This document shows, piece after piece, positions 49,132-58,051 of a DNA stretch of 64,000 nucleotides. The DNA is taken from positions 57,080 to 121,079 of the forward strand of contig CANRCK010000004.1 in the NCBI GenBank assembly GCA_947629095.1. The letters are read 5' to 3'. Position 1 is the stretch's first letter. Every line of letters begins with the position of its first letter. The stretch is from an uncultured Clostridia bacterium (GTDB lineage: Bacteria; Bacillota; Clostridia; Christensenellales; Borkfalkiaceae). The position numbers were made by a program, and so were the translations under genes. A model generated the notes under the pieces. The model did no database searches and had not been told where the DNA came from. It worked only from the letters and a program-made list of their open reading frames with translations.

Positions 49132-50370
49132 TTACTTGATTGTGGAACGAACGTGAAGACGTATATGACGGGGCAGTCCGTTTACCCACAGAGGCGCAAT
49201 CTCTGCCTGAATGAGAGGATAAATATAGTGAACAAGCTCGCTCTTTACGTTTGTGCCGTCCTCGGTTATCCATTCGAGGGGAACCTTCTTTTCAACGTTG
49301 GCTATAAAGTGAACGTCGGCAGCCTCGGTTATGCACATGTAGGGGTCGTCGGAAATTCTCTTTAAGGTGATAACCTGCCCGTTCATACCTTCGAACGCAG
49401 CCTTTACCGCCGCGCCGCCTACGTTGTAGGCTTCGGTTACGTCCACGCGGGACTGTATGTGGGAAGCGCAGCGCTGCAGGGACGAAAGCTCGATTGCACG
49501 CGTTTTTACGCCGTACTTTTTGGCAACTTCGCCCGCAAGATAACGAGCCGTGCCGGCAAGCTGTTTATGACCGAACGCATCCACGTAGTCAACGTGGTCG
49601 GCAAGCTCGCAGACATATCTGCCGTCGGCTACCTTTACGCCCTCGGAAACGGCTATAACTACGGAACGATCCTCTTTGAGCAATTCGCCAACGTATTTGA
49701 GGAATTTTTCCACGTCGAAAACAACTTCGGGCAGGTAGATTGCGTCAACGCCCTCGCAGTCCTCGCCCTTTGCAAGCGCGGTTGCGGCGGTGAGCCAGCC
49801 TGCGTTGCGGCCCATGACCTCTATTACGGAGACAACGGGATAGTCGTATACCAAACCGTCGCGGATAATCTCCTTTGTGGTGGAAGCTATGTACTTTGCG
49901 GCGCTGCCGTAGCCGGGCGTATGGTCGGTTATGGCAAGGTCGTTGTCTATTGTTTTGGGAACGCCCATAAAGTGAATGGGGCTCTTTATCTTCTGACCGT
50001 AGTCGGTGAGCTTTTTGATGGTATCCATCGAGTCGTTGCCGCCGATATAGAAGAAAGCGTAAATTTCAAGTTCGTTTAAAATGGCGAAGATTTTTTCGTA
50101 AGTTTCCTCGTTGCCTTCGATATCGGGCAGCTTGTAGCGGCAGGAGCCGAGGAAGGACGAAGGCGTCCTCTTCAAAAGGTCGTTATCGAGGTCGTTCTTG
50201 AAGCGTGTGGATAAATCAACTATATCCCTGTCCAAAAGACCCTTGATGCCGTGCACCATTCCGTAGACAATGTCCGCGCCCCTGTCCTTTGCCGTTTTGT
50301 ATACGCCCAAAAGGCTGGAATTTATGACGGCTGTGGGACCGCCGGACTGCCCTACGATTACATTTTTCAT
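49132..50370 (-). CDS. 6-phosphofructokinase family, probably PPi-dependent type
   Basis: 412 aa. GQSGGPTAVIN, IGGNDSMDT (Asp where ATP-PFKs have Gly), VPKTIDNDL, MGRNAGW. Confidence 0.85.
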   Translation of the reverse strand: MKNVIVGQSGGPTAVINSSLLGVYKTAKDRGADIVYGMVHGIKGLLDRDIVDLSTRFKNDLDNDLLKRTPSSFLGSCRYKLPDIEGNEETYEKIFAILNELEIYAFFYIGGNDSMDTIKKLTDYGQKIKSPIHFMGVPKTIDNDLAITDHTPGYGSAAKYIASTTKEIIRDGLVYDYPVVSVIEVMGRNAGWLTAATALAKGEDCEGVDAIYLPEVVFDVEKFLKYVGELLKEDRSVVIAVSEGVKVADGRYVCELADHVDYVDAFGHKQLAGTARYLAGEVAKKYGVKTRAIELSSLQRCASHIQSRVDVTEAYNVGGAAVKAAFEGMNGQVITLKRISDDPYMCITEAADVHFIANVEKKVPLEWITEDGTNVKSELVHYIYPLIQAEIAPLWVNGLPRHIRLHVRSTIK

Positions 50371-50484
50371 TGAGATTTCCCCCTAAAATTAATTACAAAT
50401 GAATTTAATGCTAAAACTTAGCTATAATATTTTATCACAACGGGCTTTAAAAAGCAATATCAAAATTAAAATTTTATAGGTTTT

Positions 50485-50530
50485 GGGCACAAAAAACGAC
50501 CGACCCCACCGGAGCCGGTCATTTTTTTAT
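50485..50530 (-). terminator. terminator-like hairpin after the membrane-protein gene
   Basis: Minus strand: GACCGGCTCCGGTGGGGTCGGTC then GTTTTTTGTG. The stem is imperfect. Confidence 0.5.
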
Positions 50531-50534
50531 AAGG

Positions 50535-51032
50535 TTACTTCTTTTTGATAAATATGGGCGCTGCGCTAAGAGCCGCGGAAAGTATAGAGAAAATTCCCGA
50601 AACAATTGCGCCGGCGGCAAGGGTGAAGCCTTCCATAGTGGCGTTCTCACCTGCGGGAACGGTGAAAGGCACCGCGCAGAAGAAGAAAACGCCCGCAACG
50701 AGGAAGCAACCCGCAGCAACGGGGGCTATGTACTTGCACTTGAAGAACACGGAAAGCACCGCAAGCACAACGCCTGCAAGGGCAAGCACATAGGGCAGGA
50801 AGTTCATAAACGAAAACTTGAATATCTGAGCTTCAATCGTTTGTCCGAGAACTTCACTCTTTTCCGTATAGCCGAAAGCTATCTGCGCGCCCGTGTAAGT
50901 CTGCGTTCCTTTTGCAATACCCACATCCAAGGTGTAGGAAATTGCGGGCGCAAACATAAGAAATATGGATATAAGACCCAAAAGCGCCGCGCAGCATACG
51001 AGAATGTTGCCGAGTGTTAAATACTTTTTCAT
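50535..51032 (-). CDS. hypothetical membrane protein (165 aa, ~5 TM helices)
   Basis: Hydrophobic throughout. GGAGGATATG-type RBS upstream. Confidence 0.55.
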   Translation of the reverse strand: MKKYLTLGNILVCCAALLGLISIFLMFAPAISYTLDVGIAKGTQTYTGAQIAFGYTEKSEVLGQTIEAQIFKFSFMNFLPYVLALAGVVLAVLSVFFKCKYIAPVAAGCFLVAGVFFFCAVPFTVPAGENATMEGFTLAAGAIVSGIFSILSAALSAAPIFIKKK

Positions 51033-51189
51033 TTTTCATATCCTCCTTTTATTAGTCCCGCACTTTTGCGGGCTTATACATATTATCATATGCGCAAAAA
51101 TTTTGCAAGCAGCAAGCGTAACGCTTGAACTAAGTTTTTTAATTTCTTTTACGCTTAATATGTTTTGCGCAGGTCAAACAGTGTGACGT

Positions 51190-51345
51190 TCCCCCTCAGT
51201 CTGCTTTGCAGCCAGCTCCCCCTTGTTGCCAAGGGGGAGCCAAGAAGAAGGGCAGCAGCGCAGACAGCTCCCCCACAATGTGAGGAGAGCCAAGGGGTTG
51301 ATGGGCGGTGACAGCTTTCTCACACGGCGTGAGGGAGCCAAGGGT
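51190..51345 (+). repeat. three consecutive family-A units
   Basis: CCCCCTCAGTCTGC-TTT-GCAGCCAGCTCCCCCTTG-TTGC-CAAGGGGGAGCCAAG; GACAGCTCCCCCACAATGTGAGGAGAGCCAAGGGG; GACAGCTTTCTCAC-ACGGC-GTGAGGGAGCCAAGGG. Confidence 0.85.
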
Positions 51346-51353
51346 TGGGAACA

Positions 51354-51529
51354 ATTACGGAGTTATGCGGTGGGTAGAATCAAGAAATTACGGAGTTGGC
51401 AAGCGGTTAGAAGCGAGCAGAGCAAGGAAAGCGAGCACCGTCTGCAGGGAGTGTACACAGACGTACACGACCAAAGCGGCGCGGAGCTTGACACAGCTAT
51501 GCGACGCTTATAATCCGCTTGGCGGGAGC
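51354..51529 (+). repeat. family-C extragenic element (full copy)
   Basis: ATTACGGAGTTATGCGGTGGGTAGAATCAAG / ATTACGGAGTTGGCAAGCGGTTAGAAGCGAG / ...CTTATAATCCGCTTGGCGGGAGC. The central hairpin here reads GTGTAC-ACAGAC-GTACAC. Confidence 0.8.
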
Positions 51530-51530
51530 A

Positions 51531-51567
51531 ATAAAAAAATAGGACTTGTCGGATACGACAAGTCCAT
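51531..51567 (-). terminator. intrinsic terminator after rpsI (palindromic, usable in both directions)
   Basis: GGACTTGTCG-GATA-CGACAAGTCC flanked by A7 and T7 runs. Confidence 0.88.
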
Positions 51568-51571
51568 TTTT

Positions 51572-51985
51572 TTATCTCTTGCTGAACTGGGGAGCGCGAC
51601 GGGCTTTCTTTAAGCCGTACTTCTTTCTTTCCTTTACGCGAGGGTCGCGCGTTAAGAAGCCTTCCTTTTTGAGTGCGGGACGGGAACCTTCTTCCGCCTG
51701 AAGAAGCGCCCTTGCTATGCCCAAACGGATGGCGCCTGCCTGACCGGTGGTGCCGCCGCCGTACACGTTTACCAAAACGTCGTACTTGGAGGTTACGCCC
51801 AAAAGTTCAAGGGGTTGCTTTACTACGTATTGCAGAACGGACTGAGGGAAGTAGTCCTCAAAGGTTCTGCCGTTTATTTGAATAACTCCCGTTCCTGCGG
51901 GAATGAGGCGAACGCGGGCGATTGCCTTCTTTCTTCTGCCTGTCCCCCAGAATTGCAGTTTTTTCTTTAAATTAGTTTTAGCCAT
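51572..51985 (-). CDS. rpsI: 30S ribosomal protein S9
   Basis: 137 aa. [12 protein letters not shown] and C-terminal [12 protein letters not shown]. Confidence 0.95.
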   Translation of the reverse strand: MAKTNLKKKLQFWGTGRRKKAIARVRLIPAGTGVIQINGRTFEDYFPQSVLQYVVKQPLELLGVTSKYDVLVNVYGGGTTGQAGAIRLGIARALLQAEEGSRPALKKEGFLTRDPRVKERKKYGLKKARRAPQFSKR

Positions 51986-52005
51986 ATAAAACTATACCTC
52001 TCCCC

Positions 52006-52437
52006 TTAAAATAATTTGAGTTCCTCGGGCTTCTGCGCCGCATGAGGATGCTCTGCGCCCTTGTAAACCTTTAACTTCGTAATCATATCTCTGCCGAGCG
52101 AGTTTTTGGGAAGCATACCCCTTACCGCCTCGTATACGGCAAGGTCGCTCTTTTCGGCAATCATTTTTTTGTATGCTACTTCCTTAAGACCGCCGATGTA
52201 GCCTGTGTGATATCTATAATATTTATCGGTGAGCTTTTTGCCGGTAAGAACTACCTTATCGCTGTTCACGACAATAACGTAGTCGCCCGTGTCAACGTTG
52301 GGCGTAAACGTGGGCTTGTTCTTGCCGCGAAGTATGGCAGCTACCTTAGAAGCAAGTCTGCCGAGGGGAACGCCGTTTGCATCAACGACGTACCATTTTC
52401 TCTCAACTGCCTCCGCCTTTGCCATATAGGTTTTCAT
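52006..52437 (-). CDS. rplM: 50S ribosomal protein L13
   Basis: 143 aa. RKWYVVDA...GRLAS..A..LRGK pattern. Upstream of rpsI as usual. Confidence 0.95.
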   Translation of the reverse strand: MKTYMAKAEAVERKWYVVDANGVPLGRLASKVAAILRGKNKPTFTPNVDTGDYVIVVNSDKVVLTGKKLTDKYYRYHTGYIGGLKEVAYKKMIAEKSDLAVYEAVRGMLPKNSLGRDMITKLKVYKGAEHPHAAQKPEELKLF

Positions 52438-52665
52438 TTTCTACTCCTTGAAATTGCCGCAAACCTTGCGGATTTTTCTATCTCTACGTTGCAATGTAAA
52501 CTTATTTTATTATTTTATAAAATATCTGTCAAGCTGTTTTGAGTTGCGTTTACAAAGTTTTTTATAAATTTTGAATTAATTTTATCCACGGGCACAATTA
52601 CGCTTTTTTTAGCCGTTTTTGCCCGATTTATTGCTATTTTTTGGAATTTTATGCCGTTTTTGAAG

Positions 52666-54468
52666 TCACTCTTTTACGAGCACGGCTTTTATTCTTTTTA
52701 TTCCCGCGGAAACGTTTTCCTGCTTTACGATTTTGAATTTGCCAAGCTCGCCCGTGGACGAAGCGTGCGGTCCGCCGCAGATCTCCTTGGAGAACGTGCC
52801 TATGGCGTAGGTTTTTACCCTTTCGCCGTACTTGCTTTCGAAAAGACCCGTAAAGCCCTCCCTTTTTGCCTCTTCCAAGGTCATTTCCCGCATCACTACG
52901 GGGACATCGGCGGCTATTTGCTCGTTTACGAGCCGCTCCACTTCAGCCACCTCTTCGGGGGTGAGCTTGCGGGCGAAGTTGAAGTCGAAGCGCAGCCTCT
53001 CCTCCGTTATGTTGCTGCCCTTTTGCTCTACGTCGGGCGAACATACCTTTTTGAGAGCGGCGTGAAGAAGGTGGGTTGCGGTGTGAAGCCTTGTGGTCTC
53101 CTCCTTGTGGTCGGCAAGCCCGCAGGCAAATTTTTGTTCGCTGCCCGCGCGGCTCTTTTCCTGATGCTCCTGATAGGCGGCGTTGTAGCCGTCGACGTCC
53201 ACCGTTAAGCCGAGTTCGCGCGCCATTTCGCCGGTGATTTCAACGGGGAAGCCGTAGGTGTCGTACAAGTGGAAAGCCGTTAAGCCGTCTATTACCCCGC
53301 CTGCGGGAAGGTTTGCGGTTACCTTTTCGAACTCGCGAATGCCCTGCTGGAGGGTTTTTGAGAATTTAAGCTCTTCCTTTTCAAGCTCCTCCTCTATCTT
53401 TGCTTTGTTCTTTTCAAGCTCGGGGTATACGTCCTTATATTTATTTATTATGGTATAGGCAACCTGCTTTAAACTGCCCTGCGGAAGCCCTATGTTCCTG
53501 CCGAAGCGCACCGCGCGGCGGATTATTCTCCTTAAAATATAGCCCTGGTCGGTGTTGGAGGGAACTACGCCCTTGGGGTCGCCGAGCATAAACGTTGCGG
53601 TGCGGACGTGGTCCAGAATTACGCGGAAGGCGCGGGTTGTTTCGCCGCCGGCGGAATATTGTTTGCCCGTGAGCCGCTCGATTTCGGCTATGGCGTTTTC
53701 GAATACATCCGTTTCGTAGACGCTCTCCTTGCCGCCCAAAATGCAGAGGGTGCGCTCAAGACCCATACCCGTATCCACGTTTTTCTGCCTGAGCGGCTCG
53801 TACTTGCCTTCGGCATTTTTATTATACTGCATAAACACGTCGTTCCATACTTCGAGGAAAGTGCCGGCGGGGGCTTTGTCAAAGTCGTAGGGACCGAGCT
53901 TGTCCGCTTCGGCATGGTTGCGGATTATGTGCATTTCGGTATCGGGACCGCAGGGACCTGTTGTGCCTGCGGGACCCCACCAATTGCCCGACTTGGGCAA
54001 AAAGAATATGTGGCTCTTTTTTATGCCGCACTTTTCCCACAGAGCCGCGCTCTCCTCGTCGCGGGGGCAGTCGTCGTCGCCCGCAAAGCAGGTGACGGCT
54101 ATGTCGCCCGAGGGAATTCCGAGGTATTCGGGAGAGGTTAAAAACTCATACGACCACGGAATCATCTCTTTTTTGAAATAATCGCCGAGCGACCAGTTGC
54201 CGAGCATCTCGAAAAAGGTGCAGTGCGAGCTGTCGCCTACCTCGTCTATATCCCCCGTGCGCACGCACTTTTGCACGTCGGTGAGCCTGTTGCCCGCGGG
54301 GTGCTTTTCGCCCAAAAGATAGGGCACGAGCGGGTGCATACCCGCCGTTGTAAAGAGCACGGTGGGGTCGTTTTCGGGAATGAGCGATGCGGAGGGGATT
54401 ATTGCGTGCCCCTTGCTTTGGAAAAATTTGAGATACGTTTCTCTCAACGTTTCGCTTGTAAACTTCAT
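52666..54468 (-). CDS. alaS: alanine--tRNA ligase, short form (600 aa; catalytic and editing-site motifs present, no C-terminal C-Ala region)
   Basis: N-terminus FFQSKGHAIIPSASLIPENDPTVLFTTAGM...FFEMLGNWSLGDYFK is classical AlaRS. HTATHLLHAAL and CGGPH editing/zinc motifs present. The protein ends about 30 aa after CGGPH. Confidence 0.8.
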   Translation of the reverse strand: MKFTSETLRETYLKFFQSKGHAIIPSASLIPENDPTVLFTTAGMHPLVPYLLGEKHPAGNRLTDVQKCVRTGDIDEVGDSSHCTFFEMLGNWSLGDYFKKEMIPWSYEFLTSPEYLGIPSGDIAVTCFAGDDDCPRDEESAALWEKCGIKKSHIFFLPKSGNWWGPAGTTGPCGPDTEMHIIRNHAEADKLGPYDFDKAPAGTFLEVWNDVFMQYNKNAEGKYEPLRQKNVDTGMGLERTLCILGGKESVYETDVFENAIAEIERLTGKQYSAGGETTRAFRVILDHVRTATFMLGDPKGVVPSNTDQGYILRRIIRRAVRFGRNIGLPQGSLKQVAYTIINKYKDVYPELEKNKAKIEEELEKEELKFSKTLQQGIREFEKVTANLPAGGVIDGLTAFHLYDTYGFPVEITGEMARELGLTVDVDGYNAAYQEHQEKSRAGSEQKFACGLADHKEETTRLHTATHLLHAALKKVCSPDVEQKGSNITEERLRFDFNFARKLTPEEVAEVERLVNEQIAADVPVVMREMTLEEAKREGFTGLFESKYGERVKTYAIGTFSKEICGGPHASSTGELGKFKIVKQENVSAGIKRIKAVLVKE

Positions 54469-54488
54469 ATATATACCCTTTTAAAAGA

Positions 54489-55880
54489 TTATTTTTTTAT
54501 TATTTCGTAGCCCTCTTTGCCGTCCTTTACGGCATAGCCGAGCTTATCGAGTTCGGCGCGGAGGCTGTCTGCCGAAGCCCAGTCGCGGGCTTTTTTTGCC
54601 TGCCAGCGCTTTTCGGCAAGCTCCGTAACGACCGCGGGGACGGAAGCTTGGGGAACTTTTGCCGCAACCTCGCCCAAATACGCGTCCGCGTCCTTTTTAA
54701 AAAGCCCCAAAAGTGAATACGTTTTGCGTATTTGCGCCGCGTCCGCCGCGCACGAGGGGTCGCCCGCCGCCAGCTTGCGGGATATCTCCCTGAACAGGGA
54801 ATAAAGTTCGGACAGGGCGAGCGCGGTGTTGAAATCCTCGGACATATCCTCGTCGAACTTTTTGTCGATTGCGGGGTTGGCGCCCTCCTTGCCGTATTTC
54901 TCCTCAACCTCTTTTATTATTTTATAGAACTCCGTAAGGTGCCTTTCGGCTTCGGGGAAGAGGTCGTCGGTTATATTTATGTCGTTGCGGTAGTTGTTCT
55001 GCAAAAGGGCGAACTTGATTGCCTCGTTGGTGTATTTTTTGAGCAAGTCCTCCAAAAGAAGGGAATTGCCGAGGCTTTTGGACATCTTTTGTCCGTTCAC
55101 CTTTATAAGTCCGTTGTGCGTCCAATATTTTGCAAACTGCTTGCCCGTGAGGCTCTCTGTTTGGGCGATTTCGTTTTCGTGGTGGGGGAAAACCAAATCC
55201 CTGCCGCCGCCGTGGATATCTATCTGGTCGCCGAACGCCGCCATATTCATTGCGGAACACTCTATGTGCCAGCCCGGTCTGCCCTTGCCCCAGGGAGAAT
55301 CCCAGCATATTTCCCCTTCCTTTGCAGCCTTCCAAAGGGCAAAGTCCGCGGGGGAATGTTTGCACTCGTCGTTTTCCACGCGCACGCCGTTGAGCATATC
55401 CTCCACCGAACGGTTTGAAAGGCAGCCGTAGCGCCTGAAACTCTCAACCGAAAAATAGACGTCGCCGTTCTCCGCGGCATAGGCATGTCCCTTTTCTATG
55501 AGCTTTTGGATAAACGATATTATATTGCCGATATTTTCGGTGGCTTTGAGCCATACGGTGGGGTCGTCGATATCCATTTCCGCCATTATGCCGTTGATTT
55601 TTTCAATCATCATCGCGGCGTATTCGTCGGCGGGGATACCCGTTTCCCTGCTTTTGGCTATAATTTTATCGTCCACGTCCGTGTAGTTGCGGGCATAAGT
55701 TACGGCGTAGCCCTGCTTTTCGAGGAACTTGCGCATTATGTCGTAGATGAGCGCCTGATAGCCGTGCCCGACGTGGGCTTCGCCCGAAACCGTGATGCCG
55801 CAGGCGTACATTTTTACTTTACCCTGCTCCAAGGGTTCAAACTCTTCCTTGCGGCGGGTGAGCGAATTATAAATTCTCAT
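54489..55880 (-). CDS. cysS: cysteine--tRNA ligase
   Basis: 463 aa. HVGHG (HIGH-type) and KMSKSLGN motifs. Confidence 0.95.
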   Translation of the reverse strand: MRIYNSLTRRKEEFEPLEQGKVKMYACGITVSGEAHVGHGYQALIYDIMRKFLEKQGYAVTYARNYTDVDDKIIAKSRETGIPADEYAAMMIEKINGIMAEMDIDDPTVWLKATENIGNIISFIQKLIEKGHAYAAENGDVYFSVESFRRYGCLSNRSVEDMLNGVRVENDECKHSPADFALWKAAKEGEICWDSPWGKGRPGWHIECSAMNMAAFGDQIDIHGGGRDLVFPHHENEIAQTESLTGKQFAKYWTHNGLIKVNGQKMSKSLGNSLLLEDLLKKYTNEAIKFALLQNNYRNDINITDDLFPEAERHLTEFYKIIKEVEEKYGKEGANPAIDKKFDEDMSEDFNTALALSELYSLFREISRKLAAGDPSCAADAAQIRKTYSLLGLFKKDADAYLGEVAAKVPQASVPAVVTELAEKRWQAKKARDWASADSLRAELDKLGYAVKDGKEGYEIIKK

Positions 55881-56538
55881 TTTTATCCTCTTCTATTTTC
55901 AGAAGTTTTTTCAGCTCCGAAATCTCCCGTTCAAGCGCGAAAGTGCGTTCGCGCAGGGCGCACAGCTCCTTTAAAAAGGGGTCCGAGCTGTCCTGCAACA
56001 GGTCGGGAACGCGGTGACCGCCGTCCGTTTTTACTATTCTTGCGGGAACGCCGACTACCGTTGCGCCGGGCGGAACGTCCTTTAAAACCACGGCGCCTGC
56101 GCCGACTTTGGCACGGTCGCCTATTACCACGCTGCCCAAAACCTTTGCACCCGCGGAAATAACGCAGTTTTTGCCGACGGTGGGATGCCGCTTGCCCGTC
56201 TGCTTGCCGGTGCCGCCCAAAGTGCAGCCCTGATATAAAACGGTGCCCTCGCCCACTTCAGCCGTTTCGCCTATGACTACGCCGGAGCCGTGGTCTATGA
56301 ACACGCCCGCGGAAATTTTTGCGGCGGGATGAATCTCTATGCCCGTTGTAAACTTTGCCCACCGGCTTGCCATGCTTGCAAAAAGCTTTAAATGCATTTT
56401 GTAGAGCCTGTTTGCAAAACGGTGCCACGAGAGAGCGTGGACGCCCGGATAAGTTAAAACAATTTCAAGTGCGGAACGGGCGGCGGGATCGTTTTGACGC
56501 GCCGCCGCTATGTCACGGCGAAGTCGACTGAAAAACAT
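55867..56538 (-). CDS. cysE: serine O-acetyltransferase
   Basis: 223 aa. N-terminal SAT helical region (DPAARSALEIVLTYPG) and left-handed hexapeptide repeats. 14-nt overlap with cysS. Confidence 0.92.
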   Translation of the reverse strand: MFFSRLRRDIAAARQNDPAARSALEIVLTYPGVHALSWHRFANRLYKMHLKLFASMASRWAKFTTGIEIHPAAKISAGVFIDHGSGVVIGETAEVGEGTVLYQGCTLGGTGKQTGKRHPTVGKNCVISAGAKVLGSVVIGDRAKVGAGAVVLKDVPPGATVVGVPARIVKTDGGHRVPDLLQDSSDPFLKELCALRERTFALEREISELKKLLKIEEDKNENL

Positions 56539-56686
56539 ATAAGTTGCAGTTACTATATTATATATAATATTTTTATTAAATGCAATTCATTTGAGGGGGC
56601 TATTTAAACGGGCTGTAAGCAATTTTTACGCGTTGAAAGATTTTAACATAACTATTTATTTTTTGCACTAATCCCCCTCCATTCCC

Positions 56687-56715
56687 TTGACTTTTAAATG
56701 TTAAAAGTTTACAAT
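56687..56715 (+). promoter_or_regulatory. candidate sigma-A promoter of the DeoR-family gene
   Basis: TTGACT (56687-56692), 17-nt spacer, TACAAT (56710-56715). Confidence 0.5.
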
Positions 56716-56763
56716 ATTCATATAAAATATTTTTTGTGTTAATTTTTCACACGGGAGTGGATT

Positions 56764-57522
56764 ATGAAGCGAGAAAGAATCGAAGAAATTGCGGAAATAC
56801 TCGATAAACGCGGCAAAATGACATTGGAACAGCTTGAAGAAGTGTTCCCCAACGTATCCCAGATGACATTGCGGCGCGATTTGTTCCAGCTTGAAGAGGA
56901 CGGCAGAATAATAAGAATACGCGGCGGGGCAATGTCCGTTAAGGAAGTGCAAAAGGTCTCCGGCGAAGCGTATACAAAAAAGACCACCATTAACACAGAC
57001 GCAAAAATAATTATTGCGCAAAAGGCGGCGGCGCTTATCGACGAGGGAACCTGCATCTTTTTGGACGGCGGAACTACGGCGATGTATCTTGCAAAGGAAA
57101 TGCCCGACATCAAATGCACGGTGTTCACAAACGGCATTGCCGTGGCAATGGAACTTGCGCAAAAGAAAAACGTCAATATAACCGTAGTGGGCGGACAGCT
57201 GATGAAGGACAATCTTTCAACGTCCTCCCCCGCCTCAAAGGATTATTTTGATTTGACAAACTTTGAAATAGCAATAGTTTCGGCTACGGCGTTCACACCC
57301 GAACAGGGATTTTCCTGCAACAGCCAGATTGAGAGCGACCTTTTGAAAAGCGTATTCAAAAAGGCAAGGCAGGTTTATATGATGCTGGACAGCTCGAAGA
57401 TAGGCAAAATTAACCCCTATACCTTTGCGCACATAGAGGACGTGGACGTGCTTATCACCGACGACCACTTCCCCAAGGAATACAAAAAGATTTTTGAGGA
57501 CAACAATATAGTTGTGATGTAA
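56764..57522 (+). CDS. DeoR/GlpR-family transcriptional repressor
   Basis: 252 aa. N-terminal HTH MTLEQLEEVFPNVSQMTLRRDLFQLEEDGRIIRIRGGA and C-terminal DeoR sugar-phosphate-binding domain. Confidence 0.88.
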   Translation: MKRERIEEIAEILDKRGKMTLEQLEEVFPNVSQMTLRRDLFQLEEDGRIIRIRGGAMSVKEVQKVSGEAYTKKTTINTDAKIIIAQKAAALIDEGTCIFLDGGTTAMYLAKEMPDIKCTVFTNGIAVAMELAQKKNVNITVVGGQLMKDNLSTSSPASKDYFDLTNFEIAIVSATAFTPEQGFSCNSQIESDLLKSVFKKARQVYMMLDSSKIGKINPYTFAHIEDVDVLITDDHFPKEYKKIFEDNNIVVM

Positions 57523-57538
57523 AAAGCATAAAAAATTT

Positions 57539-57567
57539 CGGACGGCAATTTGCCGTCCGTTTTTTTG
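57539..57567 (+). terminator. intrinsic terminator after the DeoR-family gene
   Basis: GGACGGCA-ATT-TGCCGTCC followed by GTTTTTTT. Confidence 0.85.
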
Positions 57568-57594
57568 TTGGTTGCGGGAAATTTTTTTATATTG

Positions 57595-57623
57595 TTGACA
57601 TATACAAAAGTATTTGATAAAAT
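57595..57623 (+). promoter_or_regulatory. promoter of structured RNA module 1
   Basis: TTGACA, 17-nt spacer, TAAAAT, preceded by an A/T-rich UP-like tract. Nearly identical to 57844-57872. Confidence 0.6.
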
Positions 57624-57629
57624 TATATC

Positions 57630-57812
57630 GGTGTGAGAACCTGTACAAACGTATAAATTCCCGATTTTCGGAGTATACCCTATCGGTAGGGCTATACTCT
57701 TAATCGCGTTAAAACATACTCTGAAAACGGGAGTTTTAAAGGTCTCTCACACCTTGCGGGAAAGGTATAAGTTCTATATGCCGTTCTTGCAAAAGGACGG
57801 CATTTTATTATT
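57630..57812 (+). ncRNA. structured RNA module 1 (~180 nt; long bulged hairpin, conserved apical motif, terminator)
   Basis: P1 57630-57641 / 57741-57753 (12 bp). P2 57655-57676 / 57716-57736 (21 bp). Apical CCCTA-TCGG-TAGGG plus TTAATCGC. Terminator ATGCCGTTCTT-GCAA-AAGGACGGCAT then TTTATTATT (57778-57812). Confidence 0.55.
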
Positions 57813-57843
57813 CGTTTGTTTGCAGGAAAAATTTTTTATATTA

Positions 57844-57872
57844 TTGACTTATACAAAAGTATTTGATAAAAT
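57844..57872 (+). promoter_or_regulatory. promoter of structured RNA module 2
   Basis: TTGACT, 17-nt spacer, TAAAAT. The spacer TATACAAAAGTATTTGA is identical to module 1. Confidence 0.6.
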
Positions 57873-57878
57873 TAAGTA

Positions 57879-58051
57879 GCCAAGTATACTTTATTACAAT
57901 TTGCAAATTTTAAAGGTATTCCCTATCGGTAGGGTTATACTTTTTAATCGCATTACAAAAAAATACTTTAAAATTTGCGTAATAAAATGCTTGGCAGCTG
58001 GCGAGAAAGGTATAAGTTCTATATGCCGTTCTTGCAAAGGAACGGCATTTT
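57879..58051 (+). ncRNA. structured RNA module 2, doubling as the 5' leader of the SLOG gene
   Basis: P1 57879-57887 / 57987-57995 (9 bp). P2 57891-57919 / 57963-57985 (23 bp with bulges). Same apical CCCTATCGGTAGGG...TTAATCGC. Hairpin 58023-58048 contains the AAGGA RBS and ends 3 nt before ATG 58052. Confidence 0.55.

Noticed and set aside
52438-52665. Possible L13 ribosomal-protein leader or alaS terminator in the 228-bp spacer upstream of rplM (hairpin CCGCAA-GGTT-TGCGG at about 52455-52470 next to the RBS).
   Set aside because: There is only one short hairpin and no pattern I can match to the known L13 leader from memory. The evidence is insufficient to call a feature.
56539-56763. Expected a T-box leader upstream of cysE-cysS, as in Bacillus. 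Also checked upstream of metG, the alaS-like gene and gltX.
   Set aside because: There is no T-box consensus (…GGTGGTACCGCG-type sequence) and no specifier/antiterminator architecture on the relevant strand. The spacers are short (20-220 bp) and AT-rich.
57778-57879. 33-codon ORF (MPFLQKDGILLFVCLQEKFFILLTYTKVFDKIK) starting in the module-1 terminator, a possible type I toxin.
   Set aside because: It would have to be translated through a terminator hairpin and across the promoter of module 2, and the equivalent frame in module 2 stops after 11 codons. It is most likely a by-product of AT-rich sequence.
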